Position numbers and translations under genes: made by a program. Under the pieces are notes generated by a model. That model worked only from the letters and a program-made list of their open reading frames with translations. It ran no database searches and was not told the origin of the DNA. 64,000 nt of DNA from Styela clava (Eukaryota): positions 12,152,001 to 12,216,000 of the forward strand of contig NC_135251.1 in assembly GCF_964204865.1 (NCBI RefSeq), read 5' to 3'. Positions 12,648 through 27,600 of this stretch are shown here, in pieces (within the stretch, counting starts at the first letter, position 1; each line of letters opens with the position of its first letter).

Positions 12648-15600
12648 GTAAGATTAGCGTTCTGAAGGTAAATGTATAGACCGAGTTCGGGTTCCTTGTG
12701 TATGTAAAATCTAGCATGATCCGATTGATTAAATTCTTGTTACCAACTTAAAATATGTAGTTAGAGTATGTAATTACCGGACAAAACTGACGACGTATGG
12801 AACCTAATTGAGAACGGCTAGCAAAGATAAGTCGTCCAAATGTCGCGTTTTATAAATTAAGTTTGGTTTTAGTTTTAATCTTCGAGTCAAATTATTATAA
12901 ATGATTCCAATTCCAAACATGTTTTGAAAGTAAAACTTTCAACCAAAGTTACATTAATAATCGTGATATGCTATCTGCTTCTGTCTATTTAAGGAACGAG
13001 TCCACTTCAAACCCGACCCAAAATCACAGCCGTAATTACGCAATATGGAATAAACAACTCATTTTAATTTTTATTTTTATAGATAGCGATTCATTCGCAT
13101 CTTTCCTTAATCTCAAGTTGGGAAGTTCTTTGTCATTTGTTATGGACACAACTGGAAGTATGGCGGGTGAAATCGAGGCAGCAAAAGAAAGAGTACAAGA
13201 AATTATTGACGCCACAAAAGGAACCAATGATGCTCCTTTGAACTACATACTCATGCCATACAACGACCCAGGTATATATTTCGTAAAATAAAATAAAACG
13301 GTGTCACTTTAGTATGCAAATCGTATTATATGAATTTCGTTACAAACCACGCACAGATTAGAATTTACTGTACCCTGTACCACCCTATTTCTGTGATTAA
13401 TTCGGACGCTCTAGCAGTGTGTGTACCAATATGGAGGTAACTAATTTTGTTCGCCTACTTTACATCAAGTTGTGTAAAGAAACTGAAACCTATGACTTGG
13501 GTAACACAGGCAATCCCCGAACACGTAATAGAACTAAGATAAGAAAAAGCAGAATAAAATTATGATCTAACCCCAATCTGGTACACACTATAACGGGAGT
13601 ACCTTGATTTCAATTTTTATTAAACGAATTCAGTTATTAACATTATTATTATATATCACTTGCAACTATTGCTACCAGCACAAACAAATTAATTACGTTT
13701 TTGTATCAAGGCTACGGTCCTCTGACCAAAACGAGCGACCCAGAAGAGTTTACAAAAGCCCTTGCACTACTTTCTGCGGGCGGTGGTGGCAATGAACCAG
13801 AATTAGCAATGATTGGGATCTTGAAAGCTGCTCAAAGCAGTGCATACAGGTAGGAACAATTGAATCAATCGCTAAGTGGTGCTTGTGCACATCCTTATAC
13901 AAGGCAAACGACAACAATCAGAGTCGTAAGAAAAATAAATTAAAATGGCTATAAACCATTTAAGTATACGCAAAATGTAGTTTGCATTAAAAACGTGTAA
14001 AACTGATTCATACAGTATAAATTTGACAAGTCTTTGACGATGCTTGCTATTATCTCTCTTAAATGCAAAACTCTGGCTATATGGATCAAAATTGTTTTCT
14101 TTTTGTTGGACACGAAGTAGACCTATAAATGATTTTGCTAAATGATTGTCGTTGGGTTTGTTATTTTTGTCTGTTATACTTCGCTTCCCTCTTCACTTAG
14201 TAGACCAAACGATTTTCAATTTTCAGTTCTTGATGGTGGAAGAAATATAGGTCGCTGTTACTTTTGCCTCAGGGTTATATATTTTAGCCAAAATTTCGCC
14301 ATTTTTCTTCAATTCATAATTTTTTGGTATAAGGTCTCTATATTTAAGTTTTTTTCTCTTGTATCACTAAATTTATCACTGCATTTGTCGTTTTTCTCGT
14401 TTATACATTGGCAGAACAATCAGTTCAGATTTTAATTTGGTTATCCACAAATTGCCAATTTTCTTACTTTTATGTTTTGTGCACTAAACAATTTATACGA
14501 ACGTCACAGTTAAATTAAAATTTTCAAGTTATGATCAAAAGCGATACCTCTAAAGCAGGGGTCGGCAACCTACGGCCCGTGCGCCGAATCCGGCCCGCGA
14601 GGCAATATAATCCTGCCCGTGACGCTTCACTAAATTATAGTAACAAATTATAGCTGTTTTTTCGATTAAATTCTTTACGCAAAAGAATATATGTGTAGAC
14701 TAAATTGTATTATAACGTAACAAGTATATAATTCACAATTACTCGTTTAATGAGCCTATAATTTGATTATAATTCAGACAAATGGCAACTAAAAGCAAAA
14801 AAGTTAATGCTAAGTGCAAATGGTTTAATGGCGCAAAAAATATTCAAATGATCAGTCTTCACGCGCTACTCAAAATTTACCTTCTGATCTGTGTGATAAA
14901 ATGTGATTCATCGGTCATCCATTCGATTTTTAACTTTCTAAAAATATGTGCCGCCCGCCAATGACTTGCAACCTTTAATTTTGGCCCGCGAGCGACAAAA
15001 GGTTGCCGACCCCTGCTCTAAAGTCTAAGATATACTTATTTTAAGCTCAAACTTTATTTAAACTTCCAACTACTTCTCTGCAGGTCCATTGTCTATGTTT
15101 TCACGGATGCAAGTGCTTTGGATACAGATATTCAAAACCATGTTATTGCATTGTGCTTGATCAAGAAAGTATCGGTAATTGCTTTTTTGTTTTTATTTTT
15201 TTAAGAAAGGAAGTATCGGTAGAACCGTTGTTTATAGTTTAGTACGAGACTGGAAAATAACCCAAGGCATAATATATCATAAGGCCAAGCGGTATGGAGA
15301 ATGTAATTTTACAAAGTAAACTTGCTAGATCCCCATTAGAGCACAATGAGCTGCATTTATCCTAAAGTGGAAAGGGGGTAGAAAAATCGCTGATTTTGTA
15401 TTATTTACCCAGGATAAGGCTTCATTTGGAAAATAGTCTTTACTGGGTACCGTAATCGTTTAAACCACGTAAAACGGCTATGATTTACCAACCAGTCCAC
15501 AAAAACATATTGCATATATTTATTCGAAAGCGACTCAAATTTTTTTTAAATCAATTGGGAGGTGCAGATTTTCACATGGGAAAGCAAATTCCTATTAATA

Positions 15601-18600
15601 CATTGTGAAGGTCCAATTTGAATCTAAAATCGATTTCTTTCGAATATGAGCAATAGGTAGAAAGACGTTCTACAGTTAGTTTAATGATGAAGTTCGAAAA
15701 AATATTTCAGTGCTATAGCTTGGTATAACTGTTGTTGCGTCTCATCTGAACGTCAGAGAAATTAAACCAATAAAATTATTCTAAATTTTATTCACTCGCA
15801 TTTCACTGTGTATCTTACAACTGTTTACATGCAGTTTACGCTATTTTATTCATTCGATTCAGTATTAACTTTTTTTTTTGCAGGTTTACATATTTTTAAC
15901 AACAGATATTGCTAGAAAAAAGAGAGAGCTTTTACGAGGAAGAGCTTTATACGATCAAGTTGTTGATCAAACCGGTGGTTCGGTTCTCTTTGTTGGAAAA
16001 TCGGAAATTACAGCAGCCACAGCTGTCATGCAAGCAACAACTACACAAGGGCTGGTGAGGCTTCCTTTAGATGTGCTTTTATCAAACTTGTTTCTGTTTA
16101 CCGGTCTAGGTAGAAAGATGAAAGATGACAGATATAACCAACCACTTAAAGATAATAAAAATAAAAAATTGTAACTAAAATTGAAAAATTCAATTTGTCG
16201 TGATAATGCAAATAAGTATGGGAATTTTTGTTGGTTCAATAAGTGAAAATAAATTATTGTTTAAAATGTTATTTTCCACATATGGTCGGCTGGATAGGGG
16301 CGATTTTGTAAATCGTGAGGGCACGAATATTGAAAACCCATCGTGTTAATTCTACAATCAATCATAAAACTCCATTGTATGTGAAAAGGTATTTGGAAAA
16401 TGCAAACTCTGAAACACCCGCAATTTAATGGTTATGCACTGCTGCACCTCATACTCCAAGCGACTCATAATACGATTATGACGTTGCAATGTTAAATAAG
16501 AATTCAGGCTATCGTCGCGATCGTTGTTTGGTCCGGAGAACTGAAACAACGTGTTTACAATATACGAGTGATTGACTTTACCATAGCATTGATTTATGAA
16601 ATTCTTTCGATTAGCGCGATTACCATCGACCACTTTACACATAATTATATCATAATTTGGCGCTCCAGCAATGTGTGTACCAATATTACACCTACATATT
16701 ACCTACTTTACATCAAGTTGTGTAAAGACGGAAGCCTATGGGCAGGGGGTATATTTACTTGGCTAACACGGACAGACTCCGAACTCGTAATAGAACTTAA
16801 TTAAGGAAAATTGAAATCAAATTATAGCCTAACCTTAACCTGGTACACACACCGATAATTTTGTGGCATGAAACTCAATACAGTATTTGACTATTCTTGT
16901 TGTTAGGTGACTTTGGAATCAATCAGCAATGCAAATGCATCATCAATTTCTGTTCATGTTGACCCGTCAGTCGAGTCTTTGCTTGTCCAGTTCAATGGTG
17001 ATTTTGAGTACAAAGGAGAGACAGGTAGTTTTGTCATTTCTGTAAAATCTCGCCCATTTTTGAAATCTTAATCTTTTTATCTTCCCCATCACGTAAACCA
17101 AGGGTGTGCAACTTTTATTACAGGAAGGTCAGGTATAAATAACTGGATGAGACCGTAGGGCGCACTTAATTCAATATATGCTTTCGAGTAGTTGCAGGCA
17201 CAAAAATGTAGGCATTGATTTTTAACATGCGTTGTTCGCTTCGCACAAGCTTGCTTTTGGATCATTCTAACGTCATAAACATATATACTTATTGAACTAG
17301 GCCTTGCAATGCAAAGGAATTCGATTTACTCGCACGTACCAGATGAAATTAAATTGAAAACTAGTTTCGCGGGCAGCACACCTTTCAAAATTGGCACTTC
17401 TCCGTGGGCCGAATAATTTTTCGCCGTGGACCGCATTTTGCCCGCGGGCCTTAGTTTGCACAACTCTGATGTAAGCTATTTATGCTACTTTTATGCCTTT
17501 ACAGGGCCTACCTTCATCAAAACTAGTCTTGCTTCAATTAGCGAGCTGGAATTATTTCGACTTGATGGTGTTACTCCGGGAACATACACGTTTGACTTGG
17601 ATAGAGGAACTTTCAATTCCCTGAATAAATACGGGTATCCTATACTGACTATTGTTTCATTTATTCATGGCATATAGCGAAGTTAAATTTAATAAATAGA
17701 ATATAAAAAGGACATTTCTTGGATTGCATTGACAAACAAGACGAAAAAATATATATTTGAATAAAAATTATTTTTTTTAGATTCATACAATTCTAAACGA
17801 GCATAATAATGGCTGAAACCTTAGGTTAGGCCATAAATTAGACGCTTGAAAAATAACGCAAAACAATTCTGAAGTCAAAAAAAACGTGGTGGTTTTCTAT
17901 GCACCACCATCTGTCTATAAATAGTTTCATAGTTTCTGTGGACTTTTTTGCTCCAAAATGATTTTGATTTACTCCCGAGTGAGTGTGTGTGGCCTTGCTT
18001 TGGGTGAATTCTTTTAAAATTTAAATTTTTTATTTATCAGCTGGGGTTACGCAAGACTTATAGCCCTTCCTTGTCTTTTCCTTTGCGTAAGTGGACTCGT
18101 ATGCGTGTCACGAAAGAATGCTGTATCGAGAAGAAAAATGACTATTCTGTTTGCCCCAAGAGTCTGACTACACACTAACACAATGTACGAAACGTTACCG
18201 GAATAAATTAGTGTTAGTGTACAACAACAGTATTGAATAAAATTTCCTTATTATAATCGCTTTTTTTCTAGAGTACTCATTCGGGCCAAGAGTACACTCG
18301 GATTTCACGCTACTTTGAGTCAAAAGAAAGGAGAAAAGTTTGTTGCAAGTCGTCAACTCAAAGCACGTAAGATGCCAGCGAAAATAAATAACAAATGATG
18401 AATTTTGTATTATATCCATTTTTAAATGCTGATTTACTCAAACTTTTTTTCAGACAAAGAAACTGTGACGGACTTCTTCGTTTACGGAGATGCAGAGAAA
18501 GTCATTTTCCAGCGATGTCAGCTCGTCTCAAGATCAGGAATTGTATTAATTGATCTTCCCGTCGTAAAGAAAAGCCACACAGAATATGGACTTGAAGAAC

Positions 18601-21600
18601 CATTCGATCTTCCCTCTGTACCAATGTTTGTGGTAAGAGTATGATTCTATTTACAGCAATTCAATTAATTTATATAAACAACTGCAATCTAGGCATATTT
18701 GCACTTTTCTTTTAATTTGCTTGAAAGGTAGAGAGTTAGAAGTCCATAAAAACAGGAAAAATTTATCACGACAACACCAAATAGATAACAGACGAGGAAT
18801 AAATTTCAAATGATTAGATACTGACTTTTTCAATTATACATTAAAAAATTTTATTCTTGCTTTTTAATGGTAGAATATTTACGGTTTAGCGGCCTTGTCT
18901 ACAACTCCCCAAGGTCTGAGCATTTTCGAATACTAGATGACTTCAGTATTAAATCGAATAATTATTTACGAATCGCTATTTTTTTTAATGAATTCTCCAG
19001 AAATATACATCACTGAAAACATAAAATTAATCACTCAGACAGTCAGAGTGTTCACACTCATTAAGGAACATGTTTCATCAATAACTGACTAGGAAGAAAA
19101 GAATGGTATGCCAGGATTGAATTTCAAAAGTATATTTTCAATGAAAATGGTGTGAGAAATACCTCAACAAAAACAAGATGGCCACGATTTGAAATTGTTG
19201 TTTTTATCGATTCGAATAATTTATTGTTTGATTCGATTCAGAATGCCCAGCCCTACAATTCACCGCAGGTGCAAAACAATTAATTATTGTATTTTGCCGT
19301 TTGAACGGTATTCGGTATCTGTCAGTATCAAACGCTTCAACACCTTCTAAAAGTATGGAGGTTGAGCTTTGCTGGGTCGTCGCCAAAATCGTTATCCGCC
19401 TCTTTATGTTTCTTCACAAAATTTTCCGTCTAATTAAAATATAAAAACTCTAGGACTTTTTCACTTTTTAAATAGTTAGGTTGGCATCAACGACATACAA
19501 TAATGTATTCGAGTTTACCAGAGCGGTGCTATAATAGGGATTGGCAACAGGAAATATTGTTTTCATCGTAACGTTTACCATGACAAAATAAAAAGCTGTC
19601 CCTTTCACGCTCAATATCCCTGTATTTGTGACAATCGTGGCGCAGAAGATTGTTTTCGAACAGTCAAGTAAATATTTATAACAAATTCTCGAATCAGGTG
19701 TTTTCAGAGGTAATGTGCCAGATAATTTGGGAGTGTCGTTAGGCAGAAAACGTATGTTAAAGATAATTGCTATTTAATAGCCATCGTTTCAACATTGGTC
19801 ATCCAGGACCCGACCAACAGTAATTTGAAATTTTTTGAAATAGAATGTGAATACCCAAGTTAGCACCAAGTTTTCTTTAGAAAGATCAAATTATACGCAC
19901 TGAGTGGTGTCATATAGATTGTTACAGCATATTTTGCCTCTTGCACTATATAAGTTGATAGCTCATGTCCGTGGCACATTATTACTTCAAACATCAAATA
20001 TAGTGATTTATCGTTTTACTCGGGGATTTATAATATAAGGCGTGTACTCAAACTATCAAATAAAATGACAGCAGGGGTATTAATGTGTTGTTTCGTTTTT
20101 GTCAAAAAACTAATAAAAAGATCCAGAATTGTCTTTTGGGCAATTCATGGTGGAGCACTCCGTACATTTGCCTATACTCCATAATAGATGGCTGTTACCG
20201 CGGTAACCATGTATTTGAGCACATTTCATATTTCATGATAATTTATTACAGTCTACGAAGAATACAATGAGGTATTAATTTGTGGTCCCGCCCAAAAAAT
20301 CGTGAGAAATCGTAGGAACTAGAAAATGATTGTGTTTGACACAACTAAGGTGCGTTTTTGATTAAACGAGACTGAATAGAATACAGTGTTAACCTATATT
20401 TGCATTTGAGATTAAGAAACTTTAGCATTTGTTTGAAAGTCGTGAGGCGCAACGGTAGCCAGGAAGCTCCATTCTCTCAAAAATATTCTCTTTAGATAAT
20501 TAGTATTTAACTAAGTTACAAGCTCTTGGCATATCTAGATTTAGTTTGGGATAAAACAAAATATACTTATTAATAACACATGTTACATATGGGCGATGTA
20601 AACTCTTCAATACAATTTTGTTCACTCGCCATGCTTGTTTGGTATTTGTACTTGAGACTCGTTAGTACCGCATTGCGTGCGACTATAAGTGCTTTGTCTG
20701 ATTTCAGAATTTTTGCAAAAACGTGTGTATGCAAACACAAACATGAACGAATTTTGCTGTAATTATTTCTCCAGCTATTAGTCAAATTTTTAGTTCAGCT
20801 ATTGTGGCCTCATTTGGGTGCTTCTGGGAAAGCCCTGCGTGTAACCATGGTGTAACTATGCAAACAGTTTTTTCAATAAATGAACCAAATTAGTCAATCA
20901 ATTTCGAAGGTTGTTTCCAAGATTTTATCGAATTCTAAGAATAGGTAGAACAGAAATGGTAAAACAATGGGATTTTCCATGCTGAATATACATAATTATT
21001 AGTTTAAAGTTTTGCACGTTTATTTTAGATGAAAACAACTACAAATTATGGTTGTTTACTTCTCATTGCAAAGAGTTTAAATTGTAACATGTGGCAAAAT
21101 TGGTCAATTTTTGCTATTTGGCATGTTAATAATATTAAACTGAACTGGTAGATTGAAGTATGTAAACGTAGACCACTAAACCTCCTTATGCCATACAATT
21201 CCCCATGTTGTTTCTTACAGCAATATATATATATATTACATAGCGTCTAATTTAGTTTTAATGATACTGAAATTATACTAAAATTCTGAATTTTTTGTTT
21301 AGAGATTGGTAGGAGTTTATGAAGAAGGACAACAACAATGGCCAATCGAGAGAGTGGATCCATGTGCTATCACACCAACAGTTTCAAATTCATTACTGGG
21401 AATTATCCCTGATCAAATTGTTCAGTCTGGGGATACTATCACAGTAAGATTGTTTTTCCAGCTTCTGTTCATGTGTTTTGTAATTTCGAGACGCGAAACC
21501 AATCGCACAATCTATAAATCTGAACTTAAATTCAAAAATGTCGATCCAATTCCAGTGAGTGACTGACTATTAATAAAGTGTACCTCAATTTTGGATCGAT

Positions 21601-24600
21601 TTCGTATTACCACCCTTTTTATTCAACATTATACGAGGCCTAGCCTGGGGTAGAGTATTTTAATTTCAATTTATTCCCAACTCCCAAAATCAACGTATTT
21701 CAAAAAAGTAATTCATCAATTCAATGAATCCTGGCACAGTAGCAGATATCATGTACAAGTCGTACTCCTGCTTTTCAACATTTTGCCCCGTTTTTATTGT
21801 GTACCTGAATAATGATTTTAGTAACAATAAAGAACTAAAGATATTAGTACTAATACAGCAAATACAGAATAAAATTTCTTCAAAAGAATAACAGAATTCA
21901 TCACTGGAAAGAATTTATCCCCGGTTGGGGAAACGTTCTGCTTTTGGTAAAAAGTGAGAAATGCTATAATTTTGATGGAATTTGCGTTATCGAGATAACT
22001 TGTCAGTAATATATAAATCAATATTACTTTTTACTCTTCCAATATGATAATCGGAATAGCATAAATAACTTATAATTGTAATTACTGACATCTCAACAAA
22101 AACTTTACTTTTGTCAGGTCACAACAACGTTTCGCAATATGCAAGAAGACGACGATATCATTATTGGTTTGTCAGATAATCAAGATTTTACAACTATAAT
22201 TGGAAATCCAAAGTGAGTCGATTTTTCTTTTTGATTTTGCTATTCCCAAGTCTTCGTGCAAATTATACCACGTACATTTTTAACCTGCTATCAGAAGATT
22301 TACTCGAGGTATATATATGCAATGGATTTGTTTTTAAAACTACAGGCAGGTCACCGAGTCTCTGTGTAAATTATACCACGTATATTTTTAACTTGCTAGA
22401 AATGGATTTAGTTGAGGTATGTATAGACAATGTTTTAAAACTAGCGAACGAGATTTCATTTTTATTATATTCGGACTATCTTTGAGATAACTAAAGAATT
22501 TGCGACCATTAAAGATAGTAACATTTTTGGCATATTTTGCGAGTCGTTCGGGGTCGAATAACGGGTGGGTTTTAACGTTAAATGACCCTCTCGGATATTG
22601 CGTCATCAGAAAAATCTTGGTGCAAAAGCATTTTTCGTATATACATGGTCAAATTTCAAAAGTTGTGGAATAGAACTTTATTACTTCAAATGTATTTTGT
22701 GCACGTGTGTGTTCGAATATCAGAAGTGTGACAAATCATTTAGGATTTATCGATTTATCAATTCTACTGTCCTAACTTTTTCATCCAGCGTGATTTTGCT
22801 ATCATGACTATCTTATCGGACGCGAAGCGAATCTATGAATCATTTTGTTATTGTGTTGTTGTTATTGTTCTTCTTCTTGTCACCTTTTCTCATTTACTTA
22901 TAAAGATTGTATTATATGCTAGAATGTTTACTACTTTATTTATTACTCAATTTTCTGTGAGAACTGATATTTCATCCAAAATGCGCTGTTAACCATGAAT
23001 TTATGATACAGACATTTATGATATCGTGATGTATGTCTTCCAGTGTTTATGACATCTGGACTGCTGATTCAATTTGTCTACTGTGACAGATCGCATACCT
23101 GTAGGATACTATGGGGTTTTTGAACTTCGTGTGCATATATTGGAAAATAGATCTTCTGTATTTTTTATATATTCACAATCAGTGCTACTTTGGTATCCAA
23201 TGTCATCGGTTGTGTGATCTCTGTGGTTTTAGTTAGGGTTAGGAACTGAATTTTGTGAAATTGTCTTTATGAGAATAAACGAATATCGAAATGTCACCAC
23301 AATTGGTACCACTTTGGTATCCCATTGAGATAACTTATGCAGATATCGCATACCAGAGTGGCACCTCACAATCTATATTTCAATAGATTCTCATCAACTG
23401 TGGGGTCTGAGAAAACAATTCAAATCCGAATTCGAGTTTCTGCTGGAACAAAAGAAGGAATTTTGAGTAAAGTTCTTTTAACAGCTACAGGAGTCACGTC
23501 TAACTACTACATTTTTACTACATTTGTTGTGAGCGTCATCGACGGAGTAACACGGGTGAGATTCTATGTTTCATTTAGTTTTATTTTAATCGTCCTTCGA
23601 GTTTTTTAAACTTTCTTTTTCTGCTGATTTTGTTTACATATCACCTTTCGGAGAAAAAGTTGGTGTGATCATCACATAAAAAAAATTATTAGCACTTTCT
23701 TGAAAAATTTATCAAGTGTTCTGTTCTCTACTTAAAACTGAAACGAAACTTTTTGTTTTATTCAGAATTCAAAATGTAAAACTATTTACAATGCATATAA
23801 ATTATTGTTGAGATTTTTCGGCATTTAATTTATTTGCTTTGTCACGGTTTCAAGAATTGGAATTTTAGCATATGACTCGATTCCCTAAATCTGATAGTTG
23901 AAGAATCCTGTTTCCAATGAACCGTTGAATTTATCTCCAGATTCATTTTTGTTTTGTACAAATTCAGGTTGTATTTTAAATCGAGGTGTAAACGAATCAT
24001 TAAATAATGTAGTTTTCCCAGACTTTCTATCTAGAGATATAGAAACCCTATTTAATCGGAATTTTTCTCGAACTCTCAAGAATAAATTGAGCGTTAACAG
24101 TTGGACCCTTGTATTGTTCGCGTTTGTCGAAATCTTTATGAATAGTAAATTCTTTTTACAATCTGTAAAGAAATAAGGGCTACAATTGATTCAAGTACAA
24201 TATAGAATTTTTTAATTTTATTTTCGGCGATAATTCTGATTTGTCGCTTCTAGTTCTGTTCTGTTTGAACTAAAGTTTCTTACTGCTCCAAAATGTTTTC
24301 CCAGAACTCTTTATATATATATTCATATATAATATAATATTTGTAATATGGATTTCGATGACAGGGTAATAACTGGTGTTGCAATAAAACGTCAGACCTA
24401 TACCGGAAATTAAGTACAAGTGATAACATATAATTTACCATGTACTGGATTGCGTAACATTCCAAAGAATAATGATCATACCCACGCAGGGTGGGGTTTT
24501 GTTCGTACGTGGGCACGTAATGCGTAGGTGGATGAGGAGCCGCGACTACAGTCAATCACACCTTTCACGTCTGCTGTCAAATATGTCGTTAATATTAAGA

Positions 24601-27600
24601 GCCTGGGACTATTCATCATGTTGTTATTTTTTGGGGATATTATGCCAATCATGGCAAGCGATAAAGTCTCTTTTTGAAATCGCGCACTTACTAGGTCGAT
24701 GCTACATAACGGGAATGCTCGAACGATGTAATCCTTTCAAAATGTGCGTGCAAAGACTTTCCTTTCATGGTCTGTTATCATTGGCGCAGTTGTTTGCTTT
24801 GCATTGAACTATATCGTATTTTTGGGCGTAGATTTCAACACCCGTTACCACAATTCATTGTCACTCAAAGTCCTGAGAAATGGTAACAGTGCGAAAAACC
24901 ACACCAGTGTTTATAAAAAAAAAAAGCATTTTTCAATATTTTTTTTGCCCATTATGTCCAATAACAGTATGAAAAATAAACTTTAATTCATGACGTCGAT
25001 CAGCGTATAAATAGCATTCGTAAAAATTGAAATTTAAAGTATACAGACCAACAGTGTGTTCAATCTTTTGGTAAACACATTCTAATGTTGGTGGTAAACA
25101 TTATTTTTGCCAAAATTTGAATATTATTCGTTTCGGTGGGATAAAATGAAATGTAGATTAGTCTTTTAAATTGCCGCAAGCACCATTCAATGTTTTAATT
25201 TTTGCCAAAAACTCCCACATCAATGTATTTATTTCCATATCTGCGGGAGGTAAATACTTGTTTTTCTAAGATTATGAATAGGCTTAAATATTTTCTGCCA
25301 ATTTAGGGCGTTTACTATAATGATACTAAGTAACTGTTGAGTTGTTGATTGGTGTGTCACGCACCTAGCCTGCCTATTTTTTCAAACCCTGCGTGCGGAT
25401 GTCGATAATTCAGAGCATAAGACGTTCACCATCCAGTTTATACAAGTTCTTCTATTCTTTTTTTGATTTGCACGCACAAAAATATTGTGCTACAGATGTT
25501 TTCAAATTCGGATTGTTAGGACAGCTGACATAACTTCTTCTTTTTCAATTGTAATTTGCACTAGCAACGAATATCAATATAAAAATTGTTTATGGTCATC
25601 AATGCAGATGTTTGCAACTTTTATTGTTATGTGTGGTATCAGCTCTTTTCCACATATACAGGGTAAGAATTTACTAGAAAAGACTCATTGTTTGTTGCGA
25701 GTAATATTTTAGTAATATGTGTTGAACAAAATGGTCGTCAACGAAGACAAAAACACGCCTCGAATATAACGAAATGTACGACATTATTATACATATTTAA
25801 ATATTTTTATATTTTTAATTATATCTGTATGTACCGCGCAATTTCACATATACGATCCTATTATATACGCCGCATTAGTTACAAATCTTCGGGTAAACCG
25901 CGGAAAACTGAACCGAAATCCCTGTCTTATCATTGCCTTTGTTGTGGAATTTGGTGGAAAAGTTTGTTTATTTTGTTTGACCAAATAAAAAAAGTGAGCA
26001 TAAATAAACTAAATAACAAAAAATTATAATAAATTAAGAAAAGAATAGGTTTGTACAAAAATTAGCAAGCTCATGAAAATATGGAATATCTAAATGATGT
26101 CAAATTTCAAAAAGTCACGTTTGAGTGAAAATTACCAATCAAGCTTTCTAAACGCTTCAATTGAGAAAAATACCAAGTTGATTTTTTCGTAAAATATTAT
26201 CACATTTTCGAATTCATTTCTACGCTAACTTTTATGCAATTAGCGTTTATAATTTCATATATTATATACTGTACATGGATGATTGTGGCATGACAGCATT
26301 GTATTGAAATGTTTCTGACAACGGGTACTGCCAAATCTGTCTGTAGAAATGAATCTATACGCAGATCCTTTATTCATGAGTGATTTATCAAATTCCGGCC
26401 TAGGGCGTAAAAATTACTTTGGGCAAATTTGAATAACAAAACATTATAACTGGTTCCAAAAGTTTTGGAAATTCCAAGAAAGCTTTTTCCTTTTTCTATG
26501 TTTAGTGTCCCAGTACTCTGCCCGCCGGTATCTAATAAAATATCTGTATACAGCGTCCATGTGTAGATACTTTATTCACCAGTTGTTTTCGACTTAAATC
26601 TGATAACGTGAAAACCACTTGGTTAGCTTAATTGGTTAACTATTTCATCAAATTCTATTTATCTTTTCAATATTTAGTGTCCAATTTTAATCAGTCCCGG
26701 CGGAGGATCGTTGCAATGTACAAATGGTCGTTCAGTTGGTTCAAGATGCGTCCTTACTTGCGGATCGGAGTACTTACAACACGGAGCCGGATCCGTCGAA
26801 TGCGGACTGGATGGATCATGGAGTTTAAAATCTATTGGAAGCTGCGAACTTTTACGTAAGTTGAATTAGGAACAATAAAATTTTTGTAATGTATGTATAA
26901 TGTATGTATAATATATCTAAATATAGTAATATATAAATATAATGAATGTAACATAGTAATATATAACAAATAAAAATGAACTTTTTCCAAATTATATGGA
27001 CCGATCAGTTTTAAATGTTAGTGCATAAAGATGATAGAAGTCACTGACATGTTATTGCTCTTTTTCAAATTTTCTCTGAGAGCTATGTGATTCATTATTT
27101 AACTCTAAATTTTATTTAATTTAAATACATGGCAAAACTGTTCTATGACATTTAACCCCCGTGTTTATATATTTCAACATTTTTTTTTCGCCTATTGCAG
27201 GTTCTAAAACTTGCCGTCTGTCTGGTGATCCACATTATCGAACATTCGATGGAAGAAGATTTGACTTCATGGGAACGTGTTTGTACACTCTGTTCCAAAC
27301 TGTGGAGGATGCGCAAGGAATCGAGCCAATCACTTGTTCGGTAAGTTTTGTATGGAAGTAACTGTAAATTGTAATGAATTATCGATTTGAACGATTATTG
27401 ACAATTGGGTACTCGCGTAGTATGTGTACCAGATTAGGGTTAGGCCATAATTTTTTTTCCCGATTTTCCTTATTTTAGCTCTATTACGAGGTCGGGGACT
27501 GTCTGTGTCAGCCAAGTGAAAATACCGTGAAACAAGTTTTTAGATCAGTTTAATCTAGCACGTTCGAGTAATTTCAATTTCTTTGCTTTGAAAAGCATCT

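Noticed and set aside
18041-18086. Possible extra exon (cag|CTGGGG...TTTGC|gtaag) in gene 1 intron 9
   Set aside because: 46 nt would shift the frame; the flanking exons already join in phase with VWA7-like sequence
24472-24986. Overlapping ORFs in the large intron 14 of gene 1
   Set aside because: No domain signal or convincing splice sites; exons 14 and 15 join in phase 0 without them
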